A program made the position numbers and the translations under genes. Positions 9,464-19,592 of a DNA stretch of 64,000 bases are shown in pieces. The notes below the pieces were generated by a model. The model was not told the origin of the DNA. It was given only the letters and a program-made list of their open reading frames with translations, and searched no databases. Source of the stretch: Sulfolobales archaeon (GTDB taxonomy: Archaea > Thermoproteota > Thermoprotei_A > Sulfolobales > NBVN01); the NCBI GenBank assembly GCA_038831135.1, contig JAWBKW010000005.1, positions 6,795 through 70,794 of the forward strand, in the 5' to 3' direction. Each line of letters begins with the position of its first letter. The first letter of the stretch is position 1.

Positions 9464-10444
9464 ATGTTGAAAGCCATGTATAATAAGTACTTAGTAGTCA
9501 TTGTAGCTATAGTACTAGTAACACCTCATACCTTACTAGCTGAAGGTCAGGGTATTAAAGTAGTTACCACATTCCACTACTTAGCCGATGATATTGAACA
9601 ACTACTTTGTAACGGCGATGAAGTATATTCTTTAGTACCTGTAGGTGTTGATCCGCATGAATATTCCTTAACTCCTAAGGATGTTGAGTTACTTAGAGAC
9701 TCTAATTTAGTGGTATCAACCTCCCACACACACTTAGAAGCTAAGGTATACGAGTTAAAGATCGTGGGTGAGTTGAGATCCCCGCTTATCGAGATCCCGA
9801 AAATACCTAATATGAGCTTCCGATACGTACCGGGAACTAATTCAGTTAATTATCACGCATTAACTTACGACCCAGATAACTATATAGTATTAATGAAGAC
9901 TGTCTCCAATGAACTCGTTAAACTAAGACCTGAGTGCAGTAGCACTTACCTAGAGAAGGTAAACACTGTGATTAGGCATGTTGAGGACGTAAGAAAGAAC
10001 TCAAAAATCACTAACTTAGCAGCTATTGGGGCCTCACCACTAGTTCAATACGCTGTTGAGTGGTTAGGTGTAAAAATAATCACTTACGTAGTGGTAGATC
10101 CTGAAGCATCACCAACACCAAACGATATAAATAATGTTGAGAAACTATTAAGCACTAAATCTGTTGACTTAGTAATAGTTACAGATGAAGGTTTATCCCA
10201 TGAGAGAATTTTAGCGGACCTAGCTATAAAATACTCCGTACCAATCCTCACTATACCCTCACCTACAACACCAGGTTCTACGATTCTAAAACTACAGACG
10301 GTACTCAATAACTTTAACAAACTATCTAGTTCGATGACCTATGCTTCGGAAGAAAACCAATACCAGGAAGTAGTTATAGCGACTCTGATTACTACAGCCA
10401 TCATTCTAATAGTGGCGTTGAGGCGTGTTAAATCTTGGAGGTAG
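9464..10444 (+). CDS. metal ABC transporter substrate-binding protein (ZnuA/TroA cluster-9 type) with C-terminal membrane anchor
   Basis: 326 aa. N-terminal hydrophobic signal, DPHEYSLTPKD motif, C-terminal TM segment VVIATLITTAIILIVAL. Confidence 0.8.
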   Translation: MLKAMYNKYLVVIVAIVLVTPHTLLAEGQGIKVVTTFHYLADDIEQLLCNGDEVYSLVPVGVDPHEYSLTPKDVELLRDSNLVVSTSHTHLEAKVYELKIVGELRSPLIEIPKIPNMSFRYVPGTNSVNYHALTYDPDNYIVLMKTVSNELVKLRPECSSTYLEKVNTVIRHVEDVRKNSKITNLAAIGASPLVQYAVEWLGVKIITYVVVDPEASPTPNDINNVEKLLSTKSVDLVIVTDEGLSHERILADLAIKYSVPILTIPSPTTPGSTILKLQTVLNNFNKLSSSMTYASEENQYQEVVIATLITTAIILIVALRRVKSWR

Positions 10445-11274
10445 CTGATTCATTATTTATTAGGTGGGTATTAATCATTATATTATCTTCATTAATTTAC
10501 GGTAACTTAAGCGTCTTAATATCTGCGAGGAAGTTGTTCTTCCTAGCATCCGTTACGCCTCATTCCGCTTTGTTAGCCGCACTTATTGCGGTGGTTCTAA
10601 GCAGTACATCAGGTGTTTTAAATGAGTTCTCATGGTCTGCTATTATTGGATGCAGCTTAATGTTAGTTGTTGGTTACTCCATATATAAGGGTGCTGACGT
10701 AGATACCGTTACATCTATATATGTAGCGTTAACAGCCTCAGTTAGTGTAACATTAATGAACTACGTGTTAACAACCTTCAGAGTCGGGTATAGATTATGG
10801 AGCGTGATCTTGGGTGACCCACTCCTAATTACATGGTCCGACCTTCTTTACGTTTCAGTGGTAGCACTCCTTACTGCTGTTTTAACAGTTTTTAGTCTAA
10901 AATACCACATATATGCTGGGGCGGACCCAGATTACGTTAAATTAGTCGGTGCACGTAAGTGGTTATATGATTTTATACTTTTTCTATTAATAGGAATAAC
11001 GTCTGTAGCCTTAATTAAAGTTACTGGATTCATACTGCAACACATACTTATACTACTACCATCAATAGTTGCTGCTAGGCTTACTGAAAGCAGCAGCAAG
11101 GCATACATGATAAGTTTGTTAGTAAGCCTTACGGCAGGTGTTGTCGGCCTTCAACTAGCTGTTTTAATTAATACATCACCTTCTGGAATGATAGGGATCA
11201 CACTCATAACTATATTCGTTATTAGCCTATTACTACATAAGGTTAAGGAGGTCTTAGCTAGTCTTAGAGATTAA
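10435..11274 (+). CDS. metal ABC transporter permease (ABC-3 family)
   Basis: 279 aa and polytopic. Overlaps the binding-protein gene by 10 nt. Confidence 0.8.
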   Translation: MEVADSLFIRWVLIIILSSLIYGNLSVLISARKLFFLASVTPHSALLAALIAVVLSSTSGVLNEFSWSAIIGCSLMLVVGYSIYKGADVDTVTSIYVALTASVSVTLMNYVLTTFRVGYRLWSVILGDPLLITWSDLLYVSVVALLTAVLTVFSLKYHIYAGADPDYVKLVGARKWLYDFILFLLIGITSVALIKVTGFILQHILILLPSIVAARLTESSSKAYMISLLVSLTAGVVGLQLAVLINTSPSGMIGITLITIFVISLLLHKVKEVLASLRD

Positions 11275-12183
11275 GTAGGCAGCTACAATAGGTAAAACCA
11301 GCGACGCATCAGAGTACACAACAATATGCTTACCTGATTCCTTAACCTTACCCCAACTGATTGCCTCCTTAGTCCTAGCACCGCTTAAACTGCCGTCCCA
11401 CTCAGCAGCTGTTGTTATATATACTGCGTAATCTAAACCATCCTTAAACTGATTCCACCATAACGTATGATGCTTGCTAATACCGCCGCCAATTATTAGG
11501 GCTCCTGACTTCCTAGAAGAGAACACCATATCAGATAATTCCTTCATGTCCTTAAATATTTCTAGTTCGAACTTCATGAATTGTGATTGTATGAATAGCG
11601 CCGTGCCGAAAGCACCATCAACTATTCCAGGAACGTATATAGGTACATCATTAACTGATGAGTTATGGAGTATTGACCTCTCATCAGCGAGTCTTAATCC
11701 GGCTTCATGAAGAATTTCCCTCACACCCCATTTACTCTTTACTTTAATTAAATCACTTACCAACTTCCTAACGAAGTCCTCAACCGGTTTGCCGTAGTGT
11801 GTTTGGTGTACAAGGACATTACCTATTCTATGATACCCCAACCTCCTTAACTCAATATCATCCATATCGAAAGAACCTTTTAGGTATTCACCCCCCATAG
11901 ATTTAGCTATATCATGATCTACGGTACCACAGGTAGTTACAACCACGTTAAATAATTTACTTGAGATTAACTGCGCTAACAAACCCCTTAGTCCTGTAGC
12001 TACTAGGTTACCGGTAAATGATAGGAACCTCAAATCGGATTCAGCAATCATTTCCTCCAATATCTTAACTGCCTCATATAAATGTGCGGCTCCAAAACCA
12101 TGGATATCGCCATATAGCTCTATGAGTTCTTCAACACTCATCCTAGGCCTTACATTAACATCTTTAACAGGAATTAACTGCAT
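11254..12183 (-). CDS. dys: deoxyhypusine synthase
   Basis: 309 aa. Motifs FTGNLVATGLRG, TTCGTVDHDI and GGGISKHH are typical of DHS. Confidence 0.9.
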   Translation of the reverse strand: MQLIPVKDVNVRPRMSVEELIELYGDIHGFGAAHLYEAVKILEEMIAESDLRFLSFTGNLVATGLRGLLAQLISSKLFNVVVTTCGTVDHDIAKSMGGEYLKGSFDMDDIELRRLGYHRIGNVLVHQTHYGKPVEDFVRKLVSDLIKVKSKWGVREILHEAGLRLADERSILHNSSVNDVPIYVPGIVDGAFGTALFIQSQFMKFELEIFKDMKELSDMVFSSRKSGALIIGGGISKHHTLWWNQFKDGLDYAVYITTAAEWDGSLSGARTKEAISWGKVKESGKHIVVYSDASLVLPIVAAYLISKTS

Positions 12184-13466
12184 TTACCCTCACCTAACCG
12201 CTGAGGTAGTTCCATTACGTCTAACTCTCCCTGCCACTTAGTAATTAAATTCTTTACAGTAACCTTCAAATGCTTAAGTTCTTTCTCACCAATAAGAACT
12301 ACATACTTATAACCTCTCCTACTAGCAAGCCCTATTAATTCACCTAACTTTCCCTTACCAGTAAACCTTACATTAGTGACGTAGCCTGAATACCTTAAAA
12401 CACTAGCAACCCTATCAACATATACGTAATCATTAACTAGTGAGATCAGCATTACTTTATTATCATTACTTAAACTATTAGTAAGTCCTAACTCCTTTAG
12501 AGCTAAGTAAGTTCTCTCAACACCTAATGCGAATCCCGTTGATGGTGTTGGCGGACCTCCATACAACTCAACTAAGTTATCATACCTACCCCCACCGCCT
12601 ATACTTATACTTAGATTAGGTACTGCAACCTCGAAAATCAGACCTGTATAGTAGGCTAAACCCCTAGCGAAGCTTAGGTCTATGACGAATTTACCGACAT
12701 TCAATGAGTTCATGAAGGAAGAGATTTCATGCAGCCTCCTGATTCTTTCATTAACCTCATCAGGTAGCTTCAACGTCTTACTGATTTCAAGGATTTCCTC
12801 AGGGTCTTCAGTTCTAACTTTAGTGATTTCATTAAATAATTTTAGATCGGCCTTATCGTACTTACTCAATATCTTGAGTGCTTCATCATATAGTTTCTTA
12901 TCCATGTAATGAAGTATTAAGTCCTGCGTATCCTCATTTATCCCCCAGTCGGTGAATAGACCCCTTAATATCCCTACGTCACTAATCTTTATTGAGTATT
13001 CCTTAAGACCTAGAGACTTATAGTAATCCCTAAGTATGAGGAAGAGTTCAAGGTCGGAATATACGCTGCTATCACCTATTAGTTCAACACCCATCTGATA
13101 GAATTCTCTATACCTACCTAATTGAGGTTCTTCATATCTAAATGCGTTACCAACGTAGAACAGCTTTACCGGCTTAGGTTCAGCCAATAACGACTTAATG
13201 TACATCCTTACAACACTAGCGGTTAACTCAGGTCTTAAGCATACCTCCCTCCCTGCCTTATCACGAAATACATACATAGACCTACTGATCTCGGGTCCTG
13301 ACTTAGCAGCAAATAACTCAAATAATTCTATAGTTGGCGGGATTACCTCACTATATCCGTACGACCTAACAACATCTACGAATTTACTAATTATTACTCT
13401 AAGGGACTCCGATTCCGGAGGTAATATGTCACGAAGACCTCTTACAGGCTCCGGCTTAAACATCAA
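12174..13466 (-). CDS. hisS: histidyl-tRNA synthetase
   Basis: 430 aa. Class II motifs including FARGLAYYTGLIFE and GGGGRYDNL. Confidence 0.93.
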   Translation of the reverse strand: MMFKPEPVRGLRDILPPESESLRVIISKFVDVVRSYGYSEVIPPTIELFELFAAKSGPEISRSMYVFRDKAGREVCLRPELTASVVRMYIKSLLAEPKPVKLFYVGNAFRYEEPQLGRYREFYQMGVELIGDSSVYSDLELFLILRDYYKSLGLKEYSIKISDVGILRGLFTDWGINEDTQDLILHYMDKKLYDEALKILSKYDKADLKLFNEITKVRTEDPEEILEISKTLKLPDEVNERIRRLHEISSFMNSLNVGKFVIDLSFARGLAYYTGLIFEVAVPNLSISIGGGGRYDNLVELYGGPPTPSTGFALGVERTYLALKELGLTNSLSNDNKVMLISLVNDYVYVDRVASVLRYSGYVTNVRFTGKGKLGELIGLASRRGYKYVVLIGEKELKHLKVTVKNLITKWQGELDVMELPQRLGEGKCS

Positions 13467-13969
13467 ACTATCACTTCCTTAAGGTCTTGCGCTCTAATAC
13501 CGAGTAATTCGTAGTAGGTGACGTCACCATGCGCATCAACCACAGCTACGATGGGTTCATACTCCTTAGATGATGCTGATGATAACCAATTAACTAAGTC
13601 ATTAGGTGTTATCGGTGAGTTCTCCTCAGTTACATAGACTAAATACTTACCGTCGCGTTCAAATATTAAGGAATTATCTGAGAACCCGGCCTTGACTTTC
13701 CTCCCCCTATCCCTTAAATCACACATTACGACGAACTTAATCCAGTCATTAGGGTTCCTAGAGTACTTAGTGAATAGTTCGTCAAGGGTTAATTCTTCAC
13801 CATCAACCACTAACTTACCTAAGTTCTTGTAGATTATGTAGGCAACCTCGGAAACATCCAACACGAAACCACCTAACGACTTAACATAATTCCCTAGGTT
13901 TAACTCCCTAATCTCGTCTAAACCATCTAAGAATACGAACTTGCCGTCCTTAAAGCAAGCCTTAAACAC
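13463..13969 (-). CDS. endA: tRNA-splicing endonuclease family subunit, probably the non-catalytic (structural) subunit
   Basis: 168 aa. EndA C-terminal fold signatures are present (DLRDRGRKVKAG..., VAVVDAHGDVTYYEL). The positions aligned by eye to the catalytic Tyr and His of M. jannaschii EndA read F and G/K (SLIFERDGKYLVYV). Confidence 0.65.
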   Translation of the reverse strand: MFKACFKDGKFVFLDGLDEIRELNLGNYVKSLGGFVLDVSEVAYIIYKNLGKLVVDGEELTLDELFTKYSRNPNDWIKFVVMCDLRDRGRKVKAGFSDNSLIFERDGKYLVYVTEENSPITPNDLVNWLSSASSKEYEPIVAVVDAHGDVTYYELLGIRAQDLKEVIV

Positions 13970-14044
13970 TCACTGACCACCTACTCATATGATTAAAGTT
14001 ATTAAGTTTATAACTGTGTTCTCAGACCCATTAAAGGTAATGAG

Positions 14045-15091
14045 ATGGTAGTAAAAACCATTGAGTGGTTAGATGGTAAGGTAAGGTGGCTTAACACCTT
14101 AATGCTCCCCCACGAAGAAGTCTACGTAGAGACCGCAGACTTTGAAAGGGTTGCAGTAGCTATAGAAAGATTGGAAATACGTGGGGCTCCAGCTATAGGT
14201 GTTGCAGCTGCTTTCGGAGTCGCTCTAGCAGCGTATAACTTCCGCGGTAGTGATATAGATGACTTCAAATCATTTCTACTTAATGTGGTTAAAAGATTTA
14301 GTAAGACTAGACCAACAGCAGTTAATCTTTTCTGGGCCTTAGATAGAGTTAAGTCAATAATAATAAACCACTCAGGAAATGTTGAGGAGTTAAAGAATTT
14401 ACTTATTAGGGAAGCTATTAAAATTTACGATGAAGATGTAGAAGTCAATAAGAAGATAGGGATCAATGGATTGAAATACATAGATGATGGTGATGTAATA
14501 CTAACGCATTGTAACGCGGGTGCATTAGCCACCGCCGGATACGGAACAGCATTAAGTATCATTAGAGCTGCATGGTATTCGGGTAAGAAGATAGAGGTAA
14601 TAGCTACTGAGACTAGACCGATCTTGCAGGGAGCCAGGTTGACTGTATGGGAACTTCGTAAAGAGGGGATACCGGTAAAGTTAATAACTGATAATATGGT
14701 TGGATACGTCATGAGTAGGGGTTTAATAAATAAGGTAATCGTCGGTGCTGACAGGATACTGCTATCAGGTCATGTAATTAATAAAATAGGTACTTATACT
14801 ATCTCGGTCCTATCGTCAAAACATGAAGTACCTTTCTTAGTTGCAGCACCTAAATCCACTATAGACGTAAAGACGAAGATCGAGGAAGTAGTGATTGAGG
14901 AGAGAGACCCCAATGAAGTTAGATACGTATTAGGTAAAACATTAATCACATTACCGGATGTTGAGGTAATGAACCCGTCGTTCGACATTACACCGCCTGA
15001 ACTAGTATCAGCTATCATAACTGAGGATGGAGTTGTTGAGAAACCTATAGATATAAACCTACCTAAGCATGTAGTTAATAACCTAAGGTGA
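14045..15091 (+). CDS. mtnA: eIF-2B alpha/beta/delta family protein, methylthioribose-1-phosphate isomerase type
   Basis: 348 aa. [24 protein letters not shown] and GADRI motifs. Confidence 0.85.
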   Translation: MVVKTIEWLDGKVRWLNTLMLPHEEVYVETADFERVAVAIERLEIRGAPAIGVAAAFGVALAAYNFRGSDIDDFKSFLLNVVKRFSKTRPTAVNLFWALDRVKSIIINHSGNVEELKNLLIREAIKIYDEDVEVNKKIGINGLKYIDDGDVILTHCNAGALATAGYGTALSIIRAAWYSGKKIEVIATETRPILQGARLTVWELRKEGIPVKLITDNMVGYVMSRGLINKVIVGADRILLSGHVINKIGTYTISVLSSKHEVPFLVAAPKSTIDVKTKIEEVVIEERDPNEVRYVLGKTLITLPDVEVMNPSFDITPPELVSAIITEDGVVEKPIDINLPKHVVNNLR

Positions 15092-15095
15092 TTAC

Positions 15096-15890
15096 TTGAA
15101 TAATCCAATAGTAGCCGTAGTTAGTGGGGGTATCGACAGTATATCATATCTGGCTCAGTGGTTATCTAGGGGGTACTCAGCACATGCATTAACTTATGAT
15201 TATGGACAGAAAGGAAGTAAAGAGGTAAGAGTTGCGAAATACCTAGTTGATGAAATCAATAAATTAGCAATAAAGGGTAAGGTCGTCGAATTTAAGGTTA
15301 TTGATCTCTCCTTCATGAAGGACTTATGGAAAGGTACTCAATTAACAGATGATTCCTTAGTGGTTGAACCACGTTACGAACCAACAGTAGTAGTCCCTAT
15401 AAGGAACGTGGTACTGCTATCTATAGCTACCGCATATGCTTACTCCGTTAATGCTGATTTCATCATCTATGGAGCCCATTACGATGACGTCCTACCAAGA
15501 AACGATACGGGAGAACCTAAATACCCTGACTGCTCTCCCGAATGCATCGAATCGCTCCAAACAGCTTTTAGGATATGTCACTTCAGAAACTTAAGGAAAG
15601 TCGAGATCTGGAGCCCTAGCCGTGAAGGGTTAAGTAAGTCTAAGAACTTAAGGAAAGGTTATGAAGTATTAGGGAACTTAATATATGCTACATGGAGTTG
15701 CTACCTAAGCGGGAATAACCACTGCGGTAAATGTGAAAGCTGCATTAATAGGCACGAAGCTTTTCTTAAGGCTGAAATACCTGACTGTACGGTCTATGAG
15801 ACATACCCACAACTAACAAAAGAGGATGAATACGTTAGGATTGGAGACGGCTATGTTAGTAAGGCATGCCTCAACCATCTACAGAAATAA
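15096..15890 (+). CDS. queC: 7-cyano-7-deazaguanine synthase (QueC family PP-loop ATPase)
   Basis: 264 aa with a TTG start. PP-loop VVSGGIDS and C-terminal Cys cluster [10 protein letters not shown]. Confidence 0.8.
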   Translation: MNNPIVAVVSGGIDSISYLAQWLSRGYSAHALTYDYGQKGSKEVRVAKYLVDEINKLAIKGKVVEFKVIDLSFMKDLWKGTQLTDDSLVVEPRYEPTVVVPIRNVVLLSIATAYAYSVNADFIIYGAHYDDVLPRNDTGEPKYPDCSPECIESLQTAFRICHFRNLRKVEIWSPSREGLSKSKNLRKGYEVLGNLIYATWSCYLSGNNHCGKCESCINRHEAFLKAEIPDCTVYETYPQLTKEDEYVRIGDGYVSKACLNHLQK

Positions 15891-15946
15891 CGTTTAACAC
15901 CTCACAACTTATAAAACCTCTACCCTTCAATATCGTGGAAGACACC

Positions 15947-16585
15947 ATGTCTGAAGTAGGTAAGTACGTAAAAACCATTGATGATGTCCTTAAAACCAAG
16001 GATGAGGTGAGGGAATACCTCATCAGAGCTGTGAGGGAAATCACACGCGACTCAGGTCTTGCAATTACATATATACACCTAAATAATGTAAGTGAGGCGG
16101 AGGGAATATTACTTAACCTTAAACGCAAAATAGATGAGGTAGAGAACAGGCTTAACCCGCATCCAGAGCTTAAGTATTCTAATCTGTACTTAACTGCTTT
16201 AACAGAATATGTTGAGGCGGCTCAATTCATTAGCCTAGTTAGGTTCGGGAAGTTAAAAGCGCCGGAAGAGTTAGGAATGCACTACATTCCGTATTTGCAG
16301 GGTATGTTAGACCTAATAGGTGAAATTAAAAGATATTCTTTAGAACTCGTAGCATCCGGCATGATCGAAGACGCTTGGAAGTACTTCAACATAGCTAACG
16401 AAATCTACGAAGCCATCAAAACTTTAGACTACCCAGAACCTTTAATACCTGGCGTAAGGCATAAAATAGATGTATCGAGGAAAGTGCTTGAAGACTTAAG
16501 GGAATTCTTAATAGATATGGAACTACGGCTGAAACTCATTAGTACCGTAAGTAAATCTCTGAACCCTGAAGTACCTAAGGGATAA
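15947..16585 (+). CDS. translin family protein
   Basis: Contains YLQGMLDLIGEIKRY, the translin/TRAX signature region. I prefer ATG 15947 (MSEVGKY...) over track start 15866, which overlaps queC by 25 nt. Confidence 0.65.
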   Translation: MSEVGKYVKTIDDVLKTKDEVREYLIRAVREITRDSGLAITYIHLNNVSEAEGILLNLKRKIDEVENRLNPHPELKYSNLYLTALTEYVEAAQFISLVRFGKLKAPEELGMHYIPYLQGMLDLIGEIKRYSLELVASGMIEDAWKYFNIANEIYEAIKTLDYPEPLIPGVRHKIDVSRKVLEDLREFLIDMELRLKLISTVSKSLNPEVPKG

Positions 16586-16599
16586 TAATACTATTAAAG

Positions 16600-16686
16600 T
16601 CCCGCCGGGGGGATTCGAACCCCCGACCACCCGGTAACCGCGCCCCCACACTACAGCCGGGCGCTCTACCGCTGAGCTACGGCGGG
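16600..16686 (-). tRNA. tRNA-Tyr(GTA) with a 15-nt canonical (37/38) intron
   Basis: Acceptor CCCGCCG/CGGCGGG (the C1:G72 pair typical of archaeal tRNA-Tyr). D arm GCTC-AGCGGTA-GAGC. Anticodon stem CCCGG/CCGGG with loop CT-GTA-G|intron|A. T arm GGGGG-TTCGAAT-CCCCC. No encoded CCA. Confidence 0.85.
16636..16650 (-). other. tRNA-Tyr intron (TGTGGGGGCGCGGTT)
   Basis: Removing it restores a 7-nt anticodon loop CTGTAGA. The central helix CTGT/GCGG (with G-U pairs) is flanked by 3-nt bulges. Confidence 0.75.
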
Positions 16687-16883
16687 TTATAAAACCCTTA
16701 GAATATTCCGCCCTGAAACTTATAAATTTTCTTAAGTCTTACTACAGACCCTATATAGGTTCCTTTACTTAATCCTCATCCGATCATTAGGGGTAACCTA
16801 CTTAAATAGTTATCCAGATAAGATTTAATGAGGGTACTACCATCTTCAAGAGGAAGTCCGATAGTAAGTACGACCTTGTTAAG

Positions 16884-17381
16884 TTGCTGCACTATCTTAA
16901 ACTAGGTTATGGTAGGGTAAACTTCCTACTTTCTAAGGTGATATCTAAAATCGAGTCAATAAATTCTAAGATAGATTACTCTGAAAGCCCTGAAGTAAAG
17001 AAGTCGTTAGTTAAGGAGTTAGAAGGTCTTCAAATCCTAGCCCGTTCATTAGCTAGGATGTCCGCTATCCTTGAAGTCCTAATCACTAGGGTTGAGACCT
17101 TAACACTCCTCAACCTTACCATTAAGGATCTAGCAGTAATTAAAAATGTGGTTCAGGAACTTAAGAGATACTCATTCAACATTCCTGAACTATCAATAAT
17201 TATTGAAGACATCGATGATAAGGTTAATGACTTAATACATGAGACTAGAGGTAGTTTTAATGAATCAAGCGTAGGTGTGGTGGTTACTGAAGATGTGAGG
17301 AAAGTAATTAGTGAAGCTGAATTAATCGCTAATTCAAAACTTAAGGATTTAGAAAAGTACTCAAACCCTATAAAGATTTAA
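16884..17381 (+). CDS. ESCRT-III / Snf7 (CdvB-like) family protein
   Basis: 165 aa from TTG. The helical pattern ...SAILEVLITRVETLTLLNLTIKDLAVIKNVVQELKRYSFNIPELSIIIEDIDDKVNDLIHE aligns by eye with the CdvB core (LALESISLRLGTV..VIKGI...VPEAE.ELGEIN..L.EI). The frame is open upstream to 16806 without a canonical start, so the N-terminus is uncertain. Confidence 0.6.
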   Translation: MLHYLKLGYGRVNFLLSKVISKIESINSKIDYSESPEVKKSLVKELEGLQILARSLARMSAILEVLITRVETLTLLNLTIKDLAVIKNVVQELKRYSFNIPELSIIIEDIDDKVNDLIHETRGSFNESSVGVVVTEDVRKVISEAELIANSKLKDLEKYSNPIKI

Positions 17382-18048
17382 TTAAATACTTCCCACCATG
17401 CTCTACTAAAACACCTTCCGAGAGTAATGACTCAACAGCGTCTCTAAAGTAGTTCATCCCCACATCTATCCCGTACAACTCTTTAAACTTATTAATTATT
17501 TCATCCAATGTCCACTCCCTCTTACTCTTACCTTCTTCAGAAAGCATCCTCCTGATGAACTGGCAAGTATCTTCGAGTCTTGTCCAAGGATATTGGAACC
17601 AGTACCACTCCTTAACTTCGATTAGGTAGAAGTCAGGTTTTAACTTAGCGACTGGAGAAATCCATTGAAGCGCTGCAATCTTAACGTCATTAGGTCTCCA
17701 CTCATTAATGATGAAGTTCTTAGCAAGCATTAAAGATTCTCCAGTATCCACGATATCGTCAACTAATAACACGTTCATACCACTTAAATCAACACTATAT
17801 CTAAACTTGATAAGCGCTCTCTCAGCAACTTTAGCTGCCTCAGTCCAGTGCTGACTCTGAATAGATAATAAGTTCTCAACCCCTAAGAAATCACATAGCA
17901 ATCTAGCTGGTACGTAACCACCCCTAGCTACGGCAACTATTACATCGGGCTTATAACCAGAAGATCTAATAATTTTGGAGAGTTCCCTAGACCACTCAAC
18001 TATATCCTCCCAGGAAACCAGTTTTACAGGTACTTTCCCCAGAGCAAT
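17368..18048 (-). CDS. purine phosphoribosyltransferase (HGPRT/Gpt-like) with C-terminal extension; start codon non-canonical or unknown
   Basis: PRPP motif NVLLVDDIVDTGESL. The track ORF starts at TTG 17901. The frame continues upstream as GIALGKVPVKLVSWEDIVEWSRELSKIIRSSGYKPDVIVAVARGGYVPARL (conserved PRTase N-terminus) up to stop 18052..18054, with no ATG/GTG/TTG. Confidence 0.7.
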   Translation of the reverse strand: MALGKVPVKLVSWEDIVEWSRELSKIIRSSGYKPDVIVAVARGGYVPARLLCDFLGVENLLSIQSQHWTEAAKVAERALIKFRYSVDLSGMNVLLVDDIVDTGESLMLAKNFIINEWRPNDVKIAALQWISPVAKLKPDFYLIEVKEWYWFQYPWTRLEDTCQFIRRMLSEEGKSKREWTLDEIINKFKELYGIDVGMNYFRDAVESLLSEGVLVEHGGKYLIKSL

Positions 18049-18130
18049 CCCTTACTACTCAAATATTGTGGAACACATAAATTTTACGATTTAAGCTAAT
18101 AAGCACTGGAATTAGAAAATATCCTCGTCC

Positions 18131-18946
18131 TTAGGTAATGCTCCCTCCCTTATCGATGAAGCCGAGCTTCAACTCATTAACTAAGTTATTGACTATTCCC
18201 TCAGCCTCCTCCTTAAACTTACTTGAAACACATACATAAACAGATAGTACGGGCTTCCCCAACTCGGTGCCCTTAGGTTGAGTCTTAACGTACACGTTAG
18301 CGTACTTCTTAAGTAACTTATTAACTACCTCCGCGGCCGAAGACTCTGGGAGATTCCTAACCTCAAATTCACGCTCAGCTAAGAATACTTCAGGACCTCT
18401 AAGCCTCAACAAAGGTACTACATAATCCTCGAACATGTATTCCATCTCCTTAGGAACCCCAGGAAGCGATATTATTAACTTATCACCAACCTCTATATGT
18501 ATCCCTGGCGCGGTACCGACTTTATTAGGTATTGGCCTAGCGCCTTTAGGTAGTACAGCCATCTTAGTCCTTTCCTGAGTTAGAGGAAGTCCTAACGCTA
18601 CATACTTATTCCTAACCATTTCAAAAGCTTCAGGATTCAATTCTAGCTGAAGATCTAATGCCTTAGCCAAGGCTTCTGAAGTCCTATCATCGTATGTAGG
18701 TCCTAAACCACCAGTTGTTATGATTAATTTAGAGCTTGGAAGTACATACTTAATAAACCTAGACACTAAATCAACATCATCAACTAAGGATATATTCCCT
18801 AAAACCTCATAACCTAGTAGCACTAACCGCCTCCCTAAGAACGCAGAATTAGTGTTAACTACCCTGCCATGGACTACTTCATTTCCGATAGTAAATACCC
18901 ACGCGACATAACCGTTATTGACCAACATTGAACACCTTAATAACAT
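18131..18946 (-). CDS. CinA/MoCF-binding domain protein
   Basis: 271 aa with the TTGGLGPTYDDRT motif of MogA/MoaB/CinA-type domains. Confidence 0.75.
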   Translation of the reverse strand: MLLRCSMLVNNGYVAWVFTIGNEVVHGRVVNTNSAFLGRRLVLLGYEVLGNISLVDDVDLVSRFIKYVLPSSKLIITTGGLGPTYDDRTSEALAKALDLQLELNPEAFEMVRNKYVALGLPLTQERTKMAVLPKGARPIPNKVGTAPGIHIEVGDKLIISLPGVPKEMEYMFEDYVVPLLRLRGPEVFLAEREFEVRNLPESSAAEVVNKLLKKYANVYVKTQPKGTELGKPVLSVYVCVSSKFKEEAEGIVNNLVNELKLGFIDKGGSIT

Positions 18947-19499
18947 ATATTAATCTCTGTATTATAGTTAACGCGTTCAGCAAAATCATCAAAACTAGTA
19001 AGTACTCACCCACCGAAACACCTATATATAGGATTGTTAATGCGATGAGAATCACCATAAAAACCCTCTCACCCCTCTCTAAAAGTCCTACCCCCTCAAG
19101 CCTAACGTCAAGTGACTCAGCCCTACACCTAACATAACTCACTAATAATGATGTAGGAATTGCTACTAATATTAAGTAAGCACTAATACCTAAGAAGTTA
19201 AAAGCTATTAAGTAGGACGTATCTGAAACCCTATCACAGAACGAATCAATAAATGCTCCTAACACACTAGTTTTAGAAGTGGCACGTGCTACGGCACCAT
19301 CTAACCAATCAAGCACCGCCGACACAACCATTAAGGTAGGTACTAACCAATAAATCCTAAAAATTGCTGAAGGAACAGTAGCTAATGCTACCGCAACACC
19401 TAAAACAGTCAGTAAGTTAGGACTTACGCCGTATTCCCCTAACACCTTACCTACTCTCAGACCTATAGGGTTAAAGACCTTCCTAAACCTTCCCAACAT
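18915..19499 (-). CDS. CDP-alcohol phosphatidyltransferase (archaetidylinositol-phosphate/serine synthase type)
   Basis: 194 aa, polytopic. Motif DWLDGAVAR-x8-G-x3-D-x3-D (DWLDGAVARATSKTSVLGAFIDSFCDRVSD). Confidence 0.85.
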   Translation of the reverse strand: MLGRFRKVFNPIGLRVGKVLGEYGVSPNLLTVLGVAVALATVPSAIFRIYWLVPTLMVVSAVLDWLDGAVARATSKTSVLGAFIDSFCDRVSDTSYLIAFNFLGISAYLILVAIPTSLLVSYVRCRAESLDVRLEGVGLLERGERVFMVILIALTILYIGVSVGEYLLVLMILLNALTIIQRLIYVIKVFNVGQ

Positions 19500-19592
19500 A
19501 TACTAAACCAATAATATATGGGTACTAAATGTTAAAATTCACCAATTTTCAGTCGTTAAGTATATTACGGAATAATACTTAGGTATAGGTGA

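Noticed and set aside
15866-15946. N-terminal extension of the translin-family ORF overlapping queC
   Set aside because: The extension is not translin-like and overlaps the queC 3' end. The internal ATG 15947 gives a typical N-terminus.
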